Positions 1 to 11,691 of a stretch of 64,000 nt of DNA are shown here, in pieces (the stretch's first letter is position 1; each line of letters starts with the position of its first letter). Position numbers and translations under genes: made by a program. Under the pieces are notes generated by a model. That model made no database searches. It was not told the origin of the DNA and was given only the letters and a program-made list of their open reading frames with translations. Location of the stretch: assembly GCF_009914755.1 (NCBI RefSeq), contig NC_060938.1; one strand, 5' to 3'. This DNA is from the human T2T-CHM13v2.0 reference genome, Homo sapiens.

Positions 1-640
1 CAATGCTCTGTGGCTTCTGAGGCTAGGTCATAAGAAGGCTCACAGATTTTGCCTTTCTTCCTGGAAGGCTCTGGGGGAGGCTAGTCATGAGGCAAAAAGT
101 CCAACTCTCTGGAAACAGCCATGCTGTGAGGAAGTGGTGTACCAAGGCTGGGGGCAGTGGGAATGGTCCACTTAAAAGTACAGAGATTAAAGGGATGCAT
201 TGTCTATAAAGAATTTAAAAAGTTTACTAAAACCAACTAAAAGTTGGTCTTCCTTTTCTTATCAGCATGCACAAGCAATTCTAAACAAGGCTCAGCGATA
301 ACATATCCCTTCCCATGAGTGGATCACTCCCACTGCCTCTTTCACACACCCTGCCTCCTGCAAGCCAATGCTGTGAAGCCCAACCTAGCCATGTGGCAAG
401 GGAGATGTCTGCCCAGTCTCCAGCTGCTCCAGCCATCCCAGCTCAGGCACCAGTCACTTGAGGGAAGAAGCCATCTTGGATGTCCAGCCTAGTCTGGCTT
501 TGAGAAGACTCTAGCTCCTGCTGCCATCTTACTGCAGTTTCATGAAGGATCAAATGTCATAGCCATCCAGCCGAGCCTTGGCAAACTACAGACTGTATAA
601 GGAGTTTTTTTAGGGCACTCTGTTACGCAGCAATTGATAA
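1..640 (+). mobile_element. MLT1-type (MaLR) LTR, interrupted by a hAT element
   Basis: Contains MLT1-like motifs GCCATGCTGTGA..AAGCCCAA.CTAGCCATGTGG and AGAAGCCATCTTGGATGTCCAGCC, and a 3' end TGTTACGCAGCAAT.GATAA. Confidence 0.7.
132..370 (+). mobile_element. Non-autonomous hAT-Tip100 DNA transposon (MER97-like)
   Basis: Degenerate TIRs AAGTGGTGTACC...TGCAAGCCAATG and an internal GCATTGTCTATAAAGAATTTAAAAA/CAATTCTAAACAA. Flanked by an 8-bp near-TSD CTGTGAGG (124-131) / CTGTGAAG (371-378). Confidence 0.6.
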
Positions 641-3029
641 ACAAAAAAGAGAAGAGGCATGCAAGAAGAAGAGAGCCTCTTCTCTCTTAAAATAGCAACA
701 AGTGTCCTTGGCTGTGTGGGGTCTCTAGAGATCAGCTAATCTTGATGTTGACAGAGGCCAAAAGTACTTGATTTCACTACCGGATGGAAATTATATCTGT
801 GTAGATGTTGCTAAGCAACAAGAGATCAGAAACCTATAAGGAGTGACCATATAATGCAAAGCATTGAGTCAGCCAACTGAGTTCCTCCTGCACTTATTTT
901 TTAGAACCTGCTTATAAAAGAAGCAATGTCCACAATGTGTGGGGGGAGGAAAGTCTCCTGGGACCTTAAGAGGAAAGCGTACACTTCATCATAATTTGCC
1001 TGCAATGATCAGCAAACGAAAAAGTCAATACACAACCTGAAAAATGGTCATTGTTTGTGATTTAAAAGAAGAGTAAGCTTTAGGAATAAATACTAACATC
1101 ACTGGGAACTCTGTCTCATCCTCACATCCTTTGAAAAGGCATTTGTAAGTGTTAAAATCCTTTCCCCTTGAAATACCACAAAGCTGCAAATATTTATTAA
1201 AACATCCAAATCAGTAATGTCTTTCTGAGATTTACAAGGATATTATTAGGTGGTCAGTGAACTTGAGGGTTTTTTTGCAAGTCAGTGGGACCTAAAAACT
1301 TTTCCTTTGGCTGGTCAGAGAAGCAGGCTGAGAAAGGGGGACTCTTACTGAGGGTTTTGTGAATAGCCTAGTAGCAGGTGCACACGAAAACACTAATGGT
1401 CAGAATAAAGTCTACACCCCTTAACTGTTCCTCACCAGCAATCATTTTCATTATTTCTGCTCAGTGACCTTTCATTCCCTCCATTTTTCTCTGATAATTA
1501 GATTTCTTAAATTAAAAAAGGTAGGGGGAGAAATGATAAGCTCAATAGAAGACAAACAGGAATTGAATGGATGTATGCATTTATTTTTAATATGTTTTAG
1601 CAAAACCTGTATGTACCTGCCCCCCCCCCCGCAACACATACACATCATTGGGCTTTAGAATCCTTGCTGAGATGTGGGTTTGAGGGAGATAACCACGTGT
1701 GGTGAGTTGCAGAGCCTGCCCTCCGCCTGCCACCGTTGCTGTGGGGAGCGCACTCTCTGTCGAGCGCTGCTGTAGCAGACCCACCAAATCCCATGTAAGT
1801 GGTCAGAGCACAAATGAGGTTGTCGGTGGGTAGTCCTACCCTATTCATGAGCTCTTTCAGAACAATTTTCATTACTTTTTTTAAATACTGTTTTTGGCAA
1901 ACACTTGATACTTGAAATAAAAAATGCATGAGTCACCTACTGGGATAGGCACAGTGTGTGGTTCATTGAATTTAGCTAAATTGTGAGTCATCCATCAATA
2001 GTCCTCTTGGTGAACATACTTGTAATAATTTCACACATTACAAACAAAAATAGGTATGATTTTCAAGATTCTTGAAGCTGTTTCCCTTGGGGATTCTTTG
2101 GATTGTGTTTAGAGTTTTTTGTGTTGCTAGGTGGTGAGAAACTTGTCAGCTTTGTTTTCAGATGGATCCAAGGCTTGTGTCTCTGTCACGTGATAAAAGA
2201 ACTTTGGTTTGGGAGGCTCAGGGGCAGAGTATGAAGCTGAGCGTCATGAAGTGGGGGGAAACAGGAATTAGCGATTAATATTTGTCCTTGTCAGATCATT
2301 GACTTTTAAGATTGATTTTGGCATCTGAAAAATGTTTGGCTCCACTCTCAGGACAGAGTCAGAGCAGTAAGAATATGCACCTGTGTCCCCCACCCCCTTT
2401 TTTCTGATAGGAGAGAGCTGAGCAGGGTGGTTATGTGTCTGTGCACTACTGCCCTCTGTTGGATGGCACTAGAATTTCTCTGTATCCACACCCCAGCTGA
2501 ATGAGCGCTCCTGGTTGGCTGGCAGGTGACCCAGGCAAATATGTCATTATTGGACTAAGACCAATTAAAAAAAAATAGTTGGCCTGTATAAACTAAGAGA
2601 GACCTCTCTCTGGTGGAGAAATAAGAGTGTAGACTTTCTGACCTGTAGGGTTCTTCTATTCTGGTGGCTGCCGGGCAAGAGGCTGGCATCTGCTGCTGAA
2701 TGACAGGACAGACTTTGTGATTAAACTGCTAGATCTTTGGCTTTTCAGGAAGTGAAAATAATCACAAGATAAAGTATCCTTACTTGCATTTTTCCCCTTT
2801 CATAAGTGCAATAGGGCATAAAAGGGCTTTGGCTTTTGGCTACAATCAGAGGTGAAAGTTTTTATATGGATATAAGAAGAGAAGTTAAAGCTCTTTGCAA
2901 ACTATGGCTAAAGTGCCATGTCAGTAAGACGTATACAGTGACCCAGGACACTGGCTGGGAAGTTTTCTTTGTTTTGGCAGATTCCTCTGCCCTCCTTCAC
3001 CTTCTCCAAGGTAGCGAGAGTAAGTGTCC

Positions 3030-3175
3030 AGGCATGAGCCTTGGGGATACTGTCCTGCCACTACTGGCTGAGTAACTTGGGAAAGTTGTCTGACTCTTGG
3101 GCCACATTTTTTCTTTTGTGTAAAATGAGGCATTTGAAATAGATGCTATCTCAGAGTCGCTTCATTTCTGAGATG
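3030..3175 (+). mobile_element. MIR/MIR3 fragment
   Basis: MIR core-like CTGCCACTACTGGCTGAGTAACTTGGGAAAGTT...TGTAAAATGAGG. Confidence 0.55.
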
Positions 3176-3416
3176 CAATAAATTATCTTTTCTTCCTAGA
3201 TGATAATGTAAGCACAAAGAACAAAACTATTTAAAGACCACACACATACCCTCTCAAACAAATCACCTCCCTTTGGGAAAGCAACATGTTCACTGTGATA
3301 ATTCAGCATCAGGACCTGAGGTGGTGGGAACAGCTTTGGCTGGTTTGCTGCTCTCCAAGGAGCTCCTGTGCCGGCCGCATTGGACAAGCATCTCTGCCCT
3401 GCGGCGCAGAGTCTCC

Positions 3417-3435
3417 AGGACCAGCAGATGGCGGA
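3417..3435 (+). promoter_or_regulatory. Candidate CTCF binding site
   Basis: CCAGCAGATGGCGG (3421-3434) matches the CTCF core CCASYAGRKGGCRS, in unique, locally CpG-enriched sequence. Confidence 0.6.
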
Positions 3436-3959
3436 CTTGCACAGTCCACACATTTTCCAGGTTCTCAAGGTAAATGGTACTGATTAACATCCAGAAATAA
3501 CACCCACTGATGTTTGAACAAATTGCAGCGTTTTCCAGGCCACTAAAACCATGGCACTTTGTGAGCTGGAACATTTGCTAATATTTAAAATGGTTAGAAA
3601 GATTGTTAATCTATAATACTTTCGAGTGTTAACAGCCTCTTTCACCCACGCATCAGAAACCCTTAATAAATTGGCCTTCTTTTTTTTCAGGTGGGGAAAT
3701 TAGGGCAGAGGGTCAATTGGCTAAGATCACAGCAGAACTAGTCCAAATAATTCAGACTATACACCTTGGTGATCTTTTAGAATTGTCGTTCCTCTTGCCC
3801 TTCCTTTCTTTAATGCCCACTTCTCTTGGTTGTGGAGGGGAATGTGTGTGTTGACTGGGGATATGGAAGAGGAATTGACGTCTTCTGCACTTTGGGGCAT
3901 TGCCACCTGCCATGGTCATCAAAGCTCCTGATCGCCACAACCTGTATTCAGAATACCTG

Positions 3960-4095
3960 TGATAATAAGAACTGGCATTTATTGATTACTTACTTTGAGC
4001 CAGGCATTGTTCTAAGCATTTCTCACACACTAATCATTTAATCCTTCCAGCAGCCCATAAAGGAGGCAGAGAGAGTAAGTAACTTACCTAGAATA
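3960..4095 (-). mobile_element. MIR fragment
   Basis: CATTTATTGATTACTTAC...CCAGGCATTGTTCTAAGCA...CATTTAATCCT is a MIR reverse-strand signature. Confidence 0.6.
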
Positions 4096-4489
4096 ACAGA
4101 TCTTTGTATTTTTCTAGGCTCTAAAAGCAGCAATGACTTCAATCTATTTTTTAGTGGTAATCACTCTTTCACCCCAGATATTTTCCAGCTAACAGATCAT
4201 TGACTGATTTTTAATATTTAAATTGAGAAATTTATTGGAGCTTTGGTGATAATCATGTAAGTAAGCCCTGGTTATAGTAGCTTGTAATGCTATTATTAGT
4301 GTTCAAGATTTCCTTTCACAACCTTGTGCTTAGAAGGAATGATTCACTAGAAATGGAAATAAGATGTAAATGAAATGGGGAAGCTTGGCAATTTAATCAC
4401 TCAAGTAATACATATTTTCAAAGTGCTCACTTAATCCACTAGTCACAAGGCGGCATTAGAGATGTGTTGGGGGGTTTCACTCCAACAAC

Positions 4490-4705
4490 ATTTATTTATT
4501 TCAAAAACATACATAGTGGTTACTGCATACCAGGCACAAATATTAGTTCACTTAATTCTCCTCACAACTATGATGAGCCCCTTTTACAGATGAGGAAACC
4601 AAGGTTCAGAGAGGTAAGAAACATAGCTAGTAAGTGGCAGATCAAGATTTAAACCAGCCCCTAGCTTCTGATCCATGCTCATAACTACGAGGCTGTGCTA
4701 CCCCT
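4490..4705 (-). mobile_element. MIR
   Basis: TTTTACAGATGAGGAAACCAAGGTTCAGAGAGGT is the MIR core in reverse. Confidence 0.7.
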
Positions 4706-4827
4706 ATCAATAGAAATCAGGTATGCTGGCGGGACGTACAGTAATTTAACCAGAGTCAAAGACAGAAACAAACAGTTATAGTGTTGATTTCCTCCTAACA
4801 ACAATCCTTATATAGCAAATAATTTCT

Positions 4828-5155
<328 letters not shown>

Positions 5156-5265
5156 TAATTTCTAAAATAAAAAGTGAGACTAAAAATAGCTAAGTTAGCT
5201 ACTGGCCTTGATAAAGGAGAATAGGAATTATAAAGAACAGGAAACTGTAGGGAGACCTACAGATG

Positions 5266-5564
5266 TTTTGTTTGTTTGTTTTTGAGACAGAGTCTCACTC
5301 TGTCTCCCAGGCTGGAGTGCAGTGGCATGATCTCAGCTCACTGCAACATCTGCCTCCCAGATTCAAGTGATTCTCATGTCTCAACCTCTGAGTAGCTGAG
5401 ACTATAGGCGTGTGTCACCATACCCGGCTAATTTTTGTATTTTTAGTAGAGATGGGTTTTCATCATGTTGGCCAGGCTGGTCTCAAACTCCTGGCCTCAA
5501 GTTTTCTGCCTGCCTCAGCCTCCCAAAGTGCTGGGATTACAGGGGTGAACCACTGCACCTGGCC
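5266..5564 (-). mobile_element. Alu (J/S), full length
   Basis: Full Alu dimer ending ...CACTGCACCTGGCC, with a (TTTG)n tail. Confidence 0.95.
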
Positions 5565-5771
5565 TGTTTTTTAAAATGGGTAGTGATGTTTGTGATACTT
5601 AGAACAATAATTAGTTCATCATTTTTACTGAAGACTAAGCAAAAGGAAGTTGTGTGATATCACAGTTGTGTGTGAGTGAACATCTGTTGTTTTTCTCCTT
5701 CCCCTTTCTGTGATGATGTCGTCCTTCACGGCATGTTTCCTAGGAGAAAAACCTTCTCCATTTATAAGGTG

Positions 5772-5885
5772 CATGGAATCCGCTGGGGATCTTGTTGAAC
5801 TCTGGATTCTGATTTGGTGGGTCTGGGATGCAGCTCCAGATTCTGCATTTCTAACCAGCTACTAATGCTGCTGGTGTGCGGCCTG
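5772..5885. mobile_element. MER5A/B (hAT-Charlie) fragment
   Basis: GATTCTGATTTGGTGGGTCTGGGATGCAGC...GATTCTGCATTTCTAACCAGCT. Confidence 0.7.
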
Positions 5886-5889
5886 CTGG

Positions 5890-6285
5890 GAGTGGCAGGA
5901 CTCCTTACCTTCCTCATCCTGCTTGGGTGTGGGGTTGCCAGAGACAGTACCTTCCACATCACATTCCTTCTACCTTCTGCATAGGAGTGGTTGTCATGTG
6001 ATCCAGATTTGACTAGATATGATTCTTATCTGGAATTTGGTTCTCCTGCTCCCAACTCATATACCTAGGAGAAGCCTGGCTTCAGGAGGAGGCAAGGAAG
6101 CCAATTCACTGAGAGCTGCAGAAAGAGGAAAGGAGAAGGGGGAGAGAGAACAAGGATGACTGGATGATGTGCTTTGAGTTCTGGAGGCCAGCTCTATCCA
6201 GGAACACAAGCCAATAAAGTCCCTTTATGCTTAAGCTAATTTGTATAGTTTCTGTTACTTGCAATTAAAAGGGTTCTGCCTAATA
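5890..6285 (+). mobile_element. MLT1J/K-like LTR
   Basis: 3' end AGCCAATAAAGTCCCTTTATGCTTAAGCTAATTTG...TTCTGTTACTTGCAA...CTAATAC. Confidence 0.6.
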
Positions 6286-7020
6286 CGGAAGTAATTTAGA
6301 TTTGATATAAAGGAGAATTCTTTACTGTAACAGGAGGGCGCTTTGCAACTCTTGCTAAAGACCATTGGGAACAGAACAGATACTGAGGTTATTTTAGGGA
6401 GACTTGCAAGAATAATATTAAAATATTTAATAATTAGCATGGCATGGATGCTGACCAGTCAAAACAGACACCAGCCACAGTGACATTCTGGGAACGCCAG
6501 CCTTGGTCACCTGGATGCCATTTGTAGTAGGTACAGGATCTACAGTATTTTTGTGTTGTGAGTTATATGCCTGCATTCTTTAGGCATATAATTTTGCTAA
6601 GGAGGCTTTCATTAATGCTTTAAAAGATACAATGTTCTCTTACCTTTTTTTAAAATAAGTTATAAACTTCCATTTTCCCCCAATATTTTTACACAGGGTT
6701 AATTCATTGTGATGTCAGGTGATCATCTTCATTTTTTTAGAATAATCTTCAGAATGTTCTCCTATAAAATTAATTTTAATATCCCTAGCCTTTACTTAAA
6801 TAGGACTATCTTATATTATTCTAAATGTATTAAGTAGATAACTGATTAATATTACAAAAATGGATACCTTTAATCTTTAGGAATTCTAGAATATTAGATG
6901 AAGTCGAGAGTGATATTACAATTTGGTTTTACTTAAACATGCTAAAAATATACCAGAAGAAGCCAGAGTCAGTTTCCAGGAGTTACAACTATGGTGTATT
7001 CTATCTTTAAAATATGCTGT

Positions 7021-7230
7021 TATGAAGAGAAGTGGGCTAAAAGGCACAAACATACAGTAAGAGAGAAGGAATAAATTCAATGTTTGATAGCAGAGTAGGA
7101 TGATTATACTTAACAAACATGTATAGTACTCAGGTGACGGACACCCTAAATACCCTGAGTCACTCACTACCCATTATGTGTAACAAGATGTCTGATCTAC
7201 CCCACAAATTTGCGCAAATAAAAAAATAAA
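7021..7230 (+). mobile_element. L1MA-type 3' end, 5'-truncated
   Basis: AAACATACAG..AGA.AGAAGGAATAAATTCAATGTTTGATAGCAGAGTAGG...GGTGACGGACACCCTAAATACCCTGA, followed by an A-rich tail. Confidence 0.75.
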
Positions 7231-8784
7231 ATACTCTATTAATCTCACCAGGAGTGGAATAAATTTTTGTGCTTGTGGATTGGTGGACAAGGGGAATAAT
7301 GGTGATGGAAAAATCCTGGAGACGCTTAGGCCCAGTCACTCTTTTAATGCTTTCTTTGCTTACTTAGTTTAAAGGTGGGAGCATTGCATTAGAAGCCCAG
7401 AGATCCGGCTTTTAGTCTGACACCTCCCTGAATTCCACTCTGCACCCCCACCTCACCGTCTCAGTTTCTGCTTCCCCGGCCCGCCCTGAAGCCCCACTCT
7501 TTTGTTGTAGAACAGCATTAGTAGAGTCTATCAGAGGGAAGAGGCTCTTTCTAGGAATAAGATGCTACACGTTATTCTTAAAGGGAACGTGCTGCAAGCT
7601 CAGAGGCTAAGATTCTCCAAGAAAGAGTCAAAAGGCCTTGATACAACAAAGCAGGATTCCAGAGCAGCCTGGCATTGTTCCAGTCTGAAGTATGGGGTGG
7701 TTCCAAAATTGGGGACCGTGGAAATAGATTACAGGGATCTGTGGCTCTAGAACACACAACAGACCCTGTGAATGCACTGAATAAATACCTCGCACGTATT
7801 GTGCTACTGTTTTCTAATCTATGGAAGTGCTGTTTAAATGACCAAATTACAGTTATTAAAAGTATGAATAAAAGGAATGAATTCATAGTAGCTTTCTCTT
7901 ATATATATTTTTTAAAGACCTAAGATCTAAAATATGAAATGCTAAGTCTAGGTCATATGGCAGTCTCCTCCTTTAAAAATTTAAGCATGTTAAAAAAAAT
8001 AAGTCCGTGAAATTTTATAGGTAACTTGGATTTTTTTAAAAAATGAAAACTGAAATTCTTTCAGCAGTGACTGTGTGTGTTTTTTTAATTCCCTGGATTG
8101 ATCAGAGGGTGCTCGCTCTCTATCCTTAGGACTGTGAAGAATTACCTAGAGGCAAGACAAGAGCTCATTAATTAAATATTTCCGCGCTGGACACTCATCT
8201 GCCTGACAGTTCTCTCATTATGTGCCCCTGAGAGGGGGACTAGTTGTCAGCAGCTGATGTAAAATAATTTTCTCACGGTTATAACTGCGTGGGTAAAGGC
8301 TTGATAGCAGTTCTTCATGTCTGTTAGGTAAATCATTTGAGGGAAAAATGGTTCTGCGCTGAAGGGAAAGTCAAAACATCTCATGCAAAATCTTAAATAA
8401 GTTGTTTTTTTAAATGAGAAAAAAAAAATGAACTTTCTCTAACTGTAAGTATCTTCTGTTTGTGCCCCAGGGATCCCTCTACCTTTGCTGTCTCTTTCCT
8501 CAGGTATATTTCTCTATTTATTCATATAGAGAATATGCTATATGCCCTGATGTGCTATATCAGAAATAGCAAGCGTGACTAATTCAGTTATCCTTAGTGA
8601 ATATTATAAACTGAGAAATTTGGTATTCTTTATGGCCTTTTTGGTGGGCAGGATCTCTGGGTACTCTTTCCGTATTCTTTTGCTTGATAGAGATGAGCAC
8701 ATTTAAAAGCCAAATCTATGTCTATGATCTATGTCTGCCTGCAGCTAACCCCAGTTGAAAATTTTGCTTTGTGATTTCTTTTTA

Positions 8785-8857
8785 TTAGGTTGATGCAAAA
8801 ATAACTGCAGTTTTTACAGCCTCTGGTTATGTGGTCAATTATTCTGGTTCCAACTAA
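8785..8857. mobile_element. MADE1 (Hsmar1 MITE)-like; left TIR clear, right TIR degenerate
   Basis: TA|TTAGGTTGATGCAAAAATAACTGCAGTTTTT resembles the MADE1 TIR TTAGGTTGGTGCAAAAGTAATTGCGGTTTTT. Confidence 0.6.
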
Positions 8858-9084
8858 TCACATCCTGTTTCTGTAATTGATTTAAATGCAGTAAAAGGAG
8901 GCCCATCTTGAAATGTAAAAAGTCATCAAAGATCTACCTCCAGAAAAGCACTGGATTCATAGTTTTACAAGCCAATTCCTTAAAACTTCAATGAAGGAGA
9001 TACTATTTTAAATATTTCAAAGCTTCACAATGCATTTTATAATCACTCTGATGCTCAAAGAAAACAACATGTAAAACTTCCATA

Positions 9085-9522
9085 CAAAGATGCCTTAGTG
9101 CCCTGCCCACATCCCATGGGGCCAGAGTGGGTTCTGACTTAACCACAGCCAGTCTGTCATTTCTTCTGCCTCAGACTTCCCCAATCCCTGGGAGCTTGGT
9201 CAGCCTGCGTGCAGGAGCAGCCCAGGAGTGTGGATGAGTTAGTGTCCCCAAAGAGAACTATCAGCCACTGGGGTTAAAACTCAATAAGGAGGCATTCCAG
9301 TGTGCATGGTACACAATTCCTTTGAAGGTCCCCAAGGGGAATGGAGCCCCAGTTGCCCTCAGTAGTCATCAGCTCATCAATGTACCCTTTATTGTCTTTT
9401 CCTCTGTCTCTGTCTCATCTCTCCACTCCCTCACTTCAGTTTCCTGGGATTACCTTTCAAGTAGATTACTGTACTAATGTCCCTATATCAGGCTCTGCTT
9501 TTTGGGGGATCTGAACTAGGAC
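9085..9522 (+). mobile_element. LTR16-family (ERVL) solo LTR
   Basis: GTGCCCTGCCCACATCCC...GAGCCCCAGTTGCCCTCAG...TCAGGCTCTGCTTTTTGGGGGATCTGAACTAGGAC. Confidence 0.7.
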
Positions 9523-9589
9523 TGGAGGAAGACAAGTTTACTGAAAACAGTAACTGCTGTAAACAACTAGTATTCTAGGCACAGGTTTC

Positions 9590-9960
9590 CAGCAGTCAGG
9601 GGCATCATGCTGCAGAGGCTCCTGCTTTAAGAGTCAGCTGCTGGACAGAATCCAGGAACTTCAGCTGCCATCCCACTGTTGCTGCTGCTGTTGGCTATCG
9701 CTGCTTTTGGTATTACTGTTGCCGCTGCATCAAGTTTAGACTGTCCTTGAGGCTGCTGCCGCTATCAGATATACCATCAGAAACCAGAAATAGGAAGAGG
9801 ATGGCTTCTTCCATCCTCCAGTCTTCCAGTCTTCTCCCAGTGCCTTCCATTGGCAGAACATACTGGAAGCCAGCCAGAAGAGTAGCTGGAAGATTCAGTT
9901 TTCGGTGTCCCTGTCTCCTTAAATATCAAAGCACAAAATGTCATGAATGAGGCCTTAGAG
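9590..9960 (-). mobile_element. Ancient LTR fragment (family uncertain)
   Basis: CCTTCCATTGGCAGAACATACTGGAAGCCAGC motif is typical of old eutherian LTRs. Confidence 0.4.
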
Positions 9961-10061
9961 CAAAATGATTGGCTACATAAAACCTATAACCAAAACTGTA
10001 CATAACTGAAATTCTAGCTTTTTAAAAGTCGGGGACAAGTGAAAGGGTTATCACAACTCTT

Positions 10062-10993
10062 TTTTTTTATTTTTTTAAGTTCAGGGGTACATGTGCGGGT
10101 TTGTTACATAGGTAAACTCATGTCATGGGGGTTTGTTGTACAGATTATTTCATCACTCAGGTATTAAGCCTGGTACCCATTAGTGATCCTCTCCCTCCTC
10201 CCACTCTCCACCCTCCAGGAGGCCCCATCTATATGTCCCTGTGTTCTCATTATTTAGCTCTTATAAGTGAGAACATGCAGTATTTGGTTTTCTGTTCCTG
10301 CATTATTTTGCTAAGGATAATGCCTTCCAGCTGCATCCATGTTCTTGTAAAGGACATGATCTCATTCTTTTTTATGGTTGCATAGTATTCTTGCAGCCAC
10401 ATTTTCTTTATCCAGTAAATGTACCACATTTTCTTTATCCAGTCTACCATTGACGGGCACTTAAGTTGATTCTATGTCTTTGCTATTGTGAATAGTGCTG
10501 CAACGAACGTACAAGTGCATGTGTCTTTATGATACAATGATTTATATTCCTTTGGGTATATACCCAGTAATGGGATTGCTGGGTCAAATGGTAGTTCTGT
10601 TTTTAGGTCTTTAAGGAGTAGCTACACTATCTCCACAATGGTTGAACTAATTTACACTCCCACCAATAGTGTATAAATGTTCCCTTTTCTCTGCAACCTC
10701 GCCAGCACCTGTTATTTTTTGACTTTTTAGTAATAGCCATTTGGACTGTTGTGAAATACTATCTCATTGTGGTTTTGATTTGCATTTCTCTAATGATCAG
10801 TGATGTTGAGCTTTTTTTCATATGCTTGTTGGCTACATGTGTATCTTCTTTTGAAAAGTGTCTGCTCATGTCCTTTGCCCACTTTTTAATAGGGTTGTTT
10901 TTTTCTTGTAAATTTGTTTAAGGTCCTTATAGATGCTGGATAGTAGGCTTTTGTCAGATGCATAGTTTGCAAAAATTTCCTCTCATTCTGTAG
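10062..10993 (-). mobile_element. L1PA11-13-like 3' fragment
   Basis: Poly-T then GGGGTACATGTGCGGGTTTGTTACATAGG. Translation WIKKMW..YYATIKKNEIMSF matches the ORF2 C-terminus. TSD ACAACTCTT at 10053-10061 and 10994-11002. Confidence 0.9.
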
Positions 10994-11002
10994 ACAACTC
11001 TT

Positions 11003-11365
11003 ATTTTTTTGAGCTGTATTGATATCTAGTTCACATACCATACATTCATGGATAATGTGCAACCACAATCAATTTTAGACAGTTACATCACCTCAAAAAG
11101 AAGCTTTGTACCTTCCATCCCATATCCCTTCCCCACCACATTCCTCCCTCTACCTCACCCTTAAGCAACCATTAATCTATTTTCTGTCTCCATAGATTTC
11201 TTTATTCTGGACTTAAGTATAAATGCAATCATACACTATTTGTTTTTTTGTGACTGGCTTCCTTCACTTAATGTTTGCAAGGTTCATCCATGATTGTAGT
11301 ATTTATCAGTACTTCATTATTTTTATGGCCGAATAATATTCCATTGTAGGATTATACCATATTTC
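11003..11365 (-). mobile_element. L1MB-type 3' end
   Basis: CATCACCTCAAAAAGAA...GCAACCATTAATCTATTTTCTGTCTC...TTTATGGCCGAATAATATTCCATTGT. Confidence 0.8.
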
Positions 11366-11434
11366 ACAATATTTATTTAACATTTTCCTTTAAGTTGTGA
11401 CTAGTTTAGTTTAAAAAGAAGCACGAATCTTGGG

Positions 11435-11643
11435 AAATTAAGGTAAAATTGTCCTTATTTTCTGATTATAGAATTGTGTGTCTTGAAAAGCCAAAAGGAT
11501 TACGGAAAGATGATTATAGCTAGAGAGTTCTGCATGGTGACTTTCCTGTATGACAACCAGTTAGCAAACATTTTGAAAACTACTTCATTTATATCTACAA
11601 AAGCTTCTGTACTTATAAACAAAAATAAGATGCAATATACAGG

Positions 11644-11691
<48 letters not shown>

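Noticed and set aside
8222-8242. CTCF-like GCCCCTGAGAGGGGGAC (also 46917-46930 and 61515-61530)
   Set aside because: Several mismatches at core positions compared with the 3421 site.
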